From: a virus
Taxonomy: Duplodnaviria > Caudoviricetes
Length of the DNA: 57,794 nucleotides
IMG/VR virus record: IMGVR_UViG_3300037313_000591
Span: 1-57,794 of that record
Strand: one strand, 5' to 3'
The notes under the pieces are model-generated. The model had not been told where the DNA came from. It saw only the letters and a list, made by a program, of their open reading frames with translations, and did not search any database. Positions 54,797-57,794 of the stretch are shown here, piece after piece (position 1 is the stretch's first letter; each line of letters starts with the position of its first letter). The translations under genes and the position numbers were made by a program.

Positions 54797-55122
54797 CTGA
54801 TCGTGAGCTGTTAGACCTGGCAGCAAAGGCGGCGGGGATTACTCTTGATTGGCAAGAAGGCTGGAACGGGATGCCTGACTCCGCATCAAATATGGGCCGT
54901 GTTTGGAGCCCTTTGACCGACGATGGCGACGCGCTGCGGCTAGCCGTGAAGCTGAACATGGAAGTATGTTCGCATGCGGACGCCGATATTGGAGGTATTT
55001 CCTGGGCTGATGCGTCGGGCCACGCTTTCGCTTATATCGAATTGCCTCACGACGGCGACCAGATGGCCGCAACCCGTCGCGCCATCGTCCGCGCTGCCGC
55101 TGAAATCGGGAGGTCCGAATGA
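54793..55122 (+). CDS. conserved phage hypothetical protein
   Basis: MTDRELL.LAAKAAG...W.PLTDDGDALRLAVKL...ATRRAIVRAAAEIG. Confidence 0.7.
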   Translation: MTDRELLDLAAKAAGITLDWQEGWNGMPDSASNMGRVWSPLTDDGDALRLAVKLNMEVCSHADADIGGISWADASGHAFAYIELPHDGDQMAATRRAIVRAAAEIGRSE

Positions 55123-55478
55123 ACGCCCCAACCAACCAAGCAATCCTCGAAGAAGCCCCGCAAGCCGACAGCCCCTTCGTCACCGTCATGAAGACATGGG
55201 CACGCTGGATGACACTAACCGACAGGCAGCACGCAGGCGGCTGGGCGCACCCGCAGGACGTGAAGGAGTTTATGCGCGCAGGGGAGGCGGTCGATACGAT
55301 GGTTAACGATTTGCCAAGTTCGCACCGGTGGGCGATCTACCGGGCGTATGGCATCGCTACCGTGTGGCGTTTCCCGGCTTTGTCGCTGGCTGATACGGTG
55401 ATCGAGGCTGAGAACCTTCTGACGCCGAGGATGCTGCGGAACGTGGATGTGCGAAGATATTTCGCTGATTCCCGTTGA
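55119..55478 (+). CDS. putative late antiterminator/regulator (Q position)
   Basis: Last early-right gene, ahead of a promoter-terminator pair; W..W and D.M...L....R.AI pattern. Confidence 0.5.
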   Translation: MNAPTNQAILEEAPQADSPFVTVMKTWARWMTLTDRQHAGGWAHPQDVKEFMRAGEAVDTMVNDLPSSHRWAIYRAYGIATVWRFPALSLADTVIEAENLLTPRMLRNVDVRRYFADSR

Positions 55479-55484
55479 AAACTA

Positions 55485-55513
55485 TTGCGTTCGGAAAATA
55501 CTTATATTAGTAT
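55485..55513 (+). promoter_or_regulatory. candidate late promoter (pR'-like)
   Basis: TTGCGT, 17 bp, TAGTAT. Confidence 0.45.
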
Positions 55514-55551
55514 GGTTGAGCTAGATTCCGTTACTGCGCTCTAGCGACACG

Positions 55552-55587
55552 AAACCCGCCCCGAAAGGTCAGCGGGTTTTTGTTTTT
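55552..55587 (+). terminator. tR'-like terminator
   Basis: AAACCCGC-(CC GAAA GG)-GCGGGTTT followed by TTGTTTTT. Confidence 0.8.
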
Positions 55588-55720
55588 CGGCGTCATCCAG
55601 TACACGGGCAATAAAACCCACTCTGGCACCGGCACGCCGCCAACTGCCGGTGACACCTAAATCATAGGAGCTAGCAATGAAGCGAGAAGGTATCGGTTTG
55701 GCTGGTGGTATCGGCGGCGC

Positions 55721-55951
55721 ATGAGAATCTCTACGTTCACCGTTCTGATCTACTTCGGCATGCTGGTCTTCGATGCTGCCGTACTTGGCGGCTTCGCGTA
55801 CCTCGTTGCTGAAAGAGGATGGTCGGCATGGTGGATGCTGTTGGCAGTCCTGATGTGCTCAGGATCGAATCCTAGCAAGATCATCGAAGCGAATAAGGAG
55901 GCGTCATGCGTAACGAAGGTGCAGGAATCGCCTGACAATAAGGCCAAGTAG
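55721..55951 (+). CDS. small two-TM membrane protein
   Basis: Hydrophobic, GWSAWW motif; coupled to a 15-codon upstream ORF (55677..55724) that carries the RBS. Confidence 0.55.
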   Translation: MRISTFTVLIYFGMLVFDAAVLGGFAYLVAERGWSAWWMLLAVLMCSGSNPSKIIEANKEASCVTKVQESPDNKAK

Positions 55952-56306
55952 CGCGTAACTTCGGGATAAGCGCGAGCCTAGTGAAAGCCTAGGCGCCACA
56001 CGCATGCATCCAGCAGAAGTGATCTAGACACTTGAGGCGTCAGTCTCCGCTGGGTGCAGCCGTGTGGTAAATGCGTAGGGAATTCCGGTTGATGACCGGC
56101 TAAGCCGTAGTCCATGACGCCGAACGCGACGGCAAACTCCTCTTTGGAAGTCATGGCGACCACACGCTTCACTGGCGTAACCAGTGACCACACGCATGCA
56201 GGCTTGCTGGAATTCCGAGAGGGTCAACCCGGTGGCCCGGTAGTGAGTCTACAGCCGTGTGGTTAAGCGCAGCAATGCGTAGGGTCGGGAGATCCCAGTC
56301 GCCACT
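55951..56306 (+). ncRNA. late-leader structured RNA array
   Basis: Two CCACACGCATGCA...CAGCCGTGTGG modules, several hairpins, and an rRNA H62-like hairpin. Confidence 0.6.
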
Positions 56307-56343
56307 AATTGTCTCCTCCAAGACGTCCTAGTTTTGGATTTCG

Positions 56344-56376
56344 CCGCCTGTCGCAGCAATGCACAGGCGGTTTTTT
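56344..56376 (+). terminator. intrinsic terminator closing the RNA array
   Basis: CCGCCTGT..GCA-GCAA-TGC..ACAGGCGG followed by TTTTTT. Confidence 0.8.
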
Positions 56377-56434
56377 ATTTAGAGGTTCGCCGCACGAAGC
56401 AGCGCGGCTAGCCTCAACACGATTGAGGCAACCA

Positions 56435-57794
56435 ATGCCGTTCCCGCCAGAGCTTCCTGTCCCGACCTACGCGAAGGGCACGATGCCCGTTGGTACGCCG
56501 GTTAAGGTGTTTGCGCCGTACGTTGTGCCAGCATTTACCTTGCCGGCAGTCTCGCTGGGCGGAATCGTCACCAGCGTGACGCTGCAAAGCACGACGGCGA
56601 TGGATCAGGCTAATGTGCCGTTCACGTTTGCGCAGCCCTTCAAGCGCGGCGACCTGGCTCCAGACTGCGCTCTTGTCGGCGCGATCGCTGGCAAGACGGA
56701 TATTCCGCTACAGGTGAACGTCAAGGCGACGCACGATGACGGATCGGTGCGCCATGCGATCATCAGTGGCGTGCTACCGAGTCTGCCAGCCAGCGCGTCG
56801 GTTGTGATGGGTCTGAAGCGTTCCGCTCCGGTAGCGAAGGGTGCGAACGTTCCGCTGCCGAGCAATCTACCGTCGGCAAAGCTGACCATCGCAGGCGTCG
56901 CATACACCGCCGCACCGAAGGCCGGCGATTTTACCTACGTCTGGCTGGCCGGTTCGCTACTAAGCGACAGTGTAGCCAACGTCTCGTTCGTTGACGCCTC
57001 GGGAAATCCTCACCCGACCCTGACCGCACAGTTCTCGGTGCGCGCTTCTAGCAGTGGCGCCGTACGCGTCGATGCCGTCATTGAGCACTGCAAGGCATAT
57101 CAGTCGACCGCTGACATCACGTACGACGTCACCATCGCAGCTAATGGCGCGACCGTGTACAGTCAGGCTGGTCTCGTCCACACGCCTTGCGCCCGCTGGA
57201 AGAAATCGTTCTGGTACGGCACCGCGCCGGCTCTGCACATCAAGCACGACACCGCATACCTGATCGCTACCAGGGCTGTACCGAACTACGACCAGAGCAT
57301 CAAGATTTCGGAATCCGTGCTGGCCGGGTACGCGACGCAACTCGCGAGCGGCAAGTTCGCTCCGATGGGTTTCGGTAACCTGCAGCCGGCAATGCCTACG
57401 ACAGGCGGACGCCCGGATCTCGGCATCATGCCGGATACCTACGTCGCAGCAGTCCTCTCGATGGACAAGCGCGCCAAGGACATCATGCTCGCCTCCGCCG
57501 ATGTGGGAGGCAGCTGGACTGCGCATCGCCGCGACGACAGCAGCGGCCCGATGAAGGGCATGCCGCTCAGTGTTCTGTGCTTCCCGTACTCTACGGTCTA
57601 CGGTAGCTCAGGCGACTGCGCAAACCCGATGACGGGCAAGAACGAATACCTGCCGAAGCTGGTAACGACGTCGAAGGGCAACTTCGACAGCAGCCACCAG
57701 CCCGGGTTGTACTACCTGCCATATCTCCTGACTGGTGATTTCTACTACCTGGAAGGCCTGCACTTCTGGTGCGCCTGGAACGCCTACAACTCGA
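56435..57794 (+). CDS. 5' part of the stand-alone PcRGLX/YetA-like protein (continues at position 1)
   Basis: ATG 56435 after GAGG, open to the window end; QVNVKATHDDGSVRHAI, HPTLTAQFSVR, GGRPDLGIMPDTY, SHQP..Y.PYLLTGD. Confidence 0.85.
   Translation, partial: MPFPPELPVPTYAKGTMPVGTPVKVFAPYVVPAFTLPAVSLGGIVTSVTLQSTTAMDQANVPFTFAQPFKRGDLAPDCALVGAIAGKTDIPLQVNVKATHDDGSVRHAIISGVLPSLPASASVVMGLKRSAPVAKGANVPLPSNLPSAKLTIAGVAYTAAPKAGDFTYVWLAGSLLSDSVANVSFVDASGNPHPTLTAQFSVRASSSGAVRVDAVIEHCKAYQSTADITYDVTIAANGATVYSQAGLVHTPCARWKKSFWYGTAPALHIKHDTAYLIATRAVPNYDQSIKISESVLAGYATQLASGKFAPMGFGNLQPAMPTTGGRPDLGIMPDTYVAAVLSMDKRAKDIMLASADVGGSWTAHRRDDSSGPMKGMPLSVLCFPYSTVYGSSGDCANPMTGKNEYLPKLVTTSKGNFDSSHQPGLYYLPYLLTGDFYYLEGLHFWCAWNAYNS

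Noticed and set aside
55951-55973. rRNA gene or fragment
   Set aside because: Similarity is limited to one helix; the flanks are not rRNA-like, so it is reported as a mimic only
55990-56270. Mini CRISPR array
   Set aside because: The repeats are short and arranged as inverted pairs with irregular, folded inserts; no cas genes

Overview
The window looks like a complete, circularly permuted ~57.8 kb temperate siphovirus genome in its excised form. An ORF running off the right end (from 56435) continues in frame at position 1, and an intact attP-like site lies between int and xis. A betaproteobacterial (Oxalobacteraceae-like) host is inferred from the GC-rich composition and CTGT-N8-ACAG SOS boxes; this is unverified. 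Gene order: terminases, portal, scaffold, capsid, neck, tail tube, chaperone, tape measure, a large modular tail-tip region with a 1968-aa adhesin/lyase-like protein, lysis cassette, integration module, a leftward early operon (recombination, HNH nucleases), a cI/cro switch, replication (initiator + DnaB), nin-like genes, a putative late regulator and a late leader. Three things stand out. (1) The early-left and late transcripts both carry arrays of structured non-coding RNA built on a shared hairpin + CCACAC...GTGTGG scaffold, including two tRNA-shaped RNAs whose anticodon loop is replaced by a large insert and a near-exact copy of large-subunit rRNA helix 62, which may be a set of RNA mimics/decoys. 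(2) A stand-alone ~788-aa paralog of the tail protein's catalytic-like domain is encoded ahead of the packaging genes. (3) The CI repressor has no peptidase domain and is accompanied by a convergent ORF resembling its C-terminal domain and by two LexA boxes. All family assignments come from motif recognition by eye, not from database searches.
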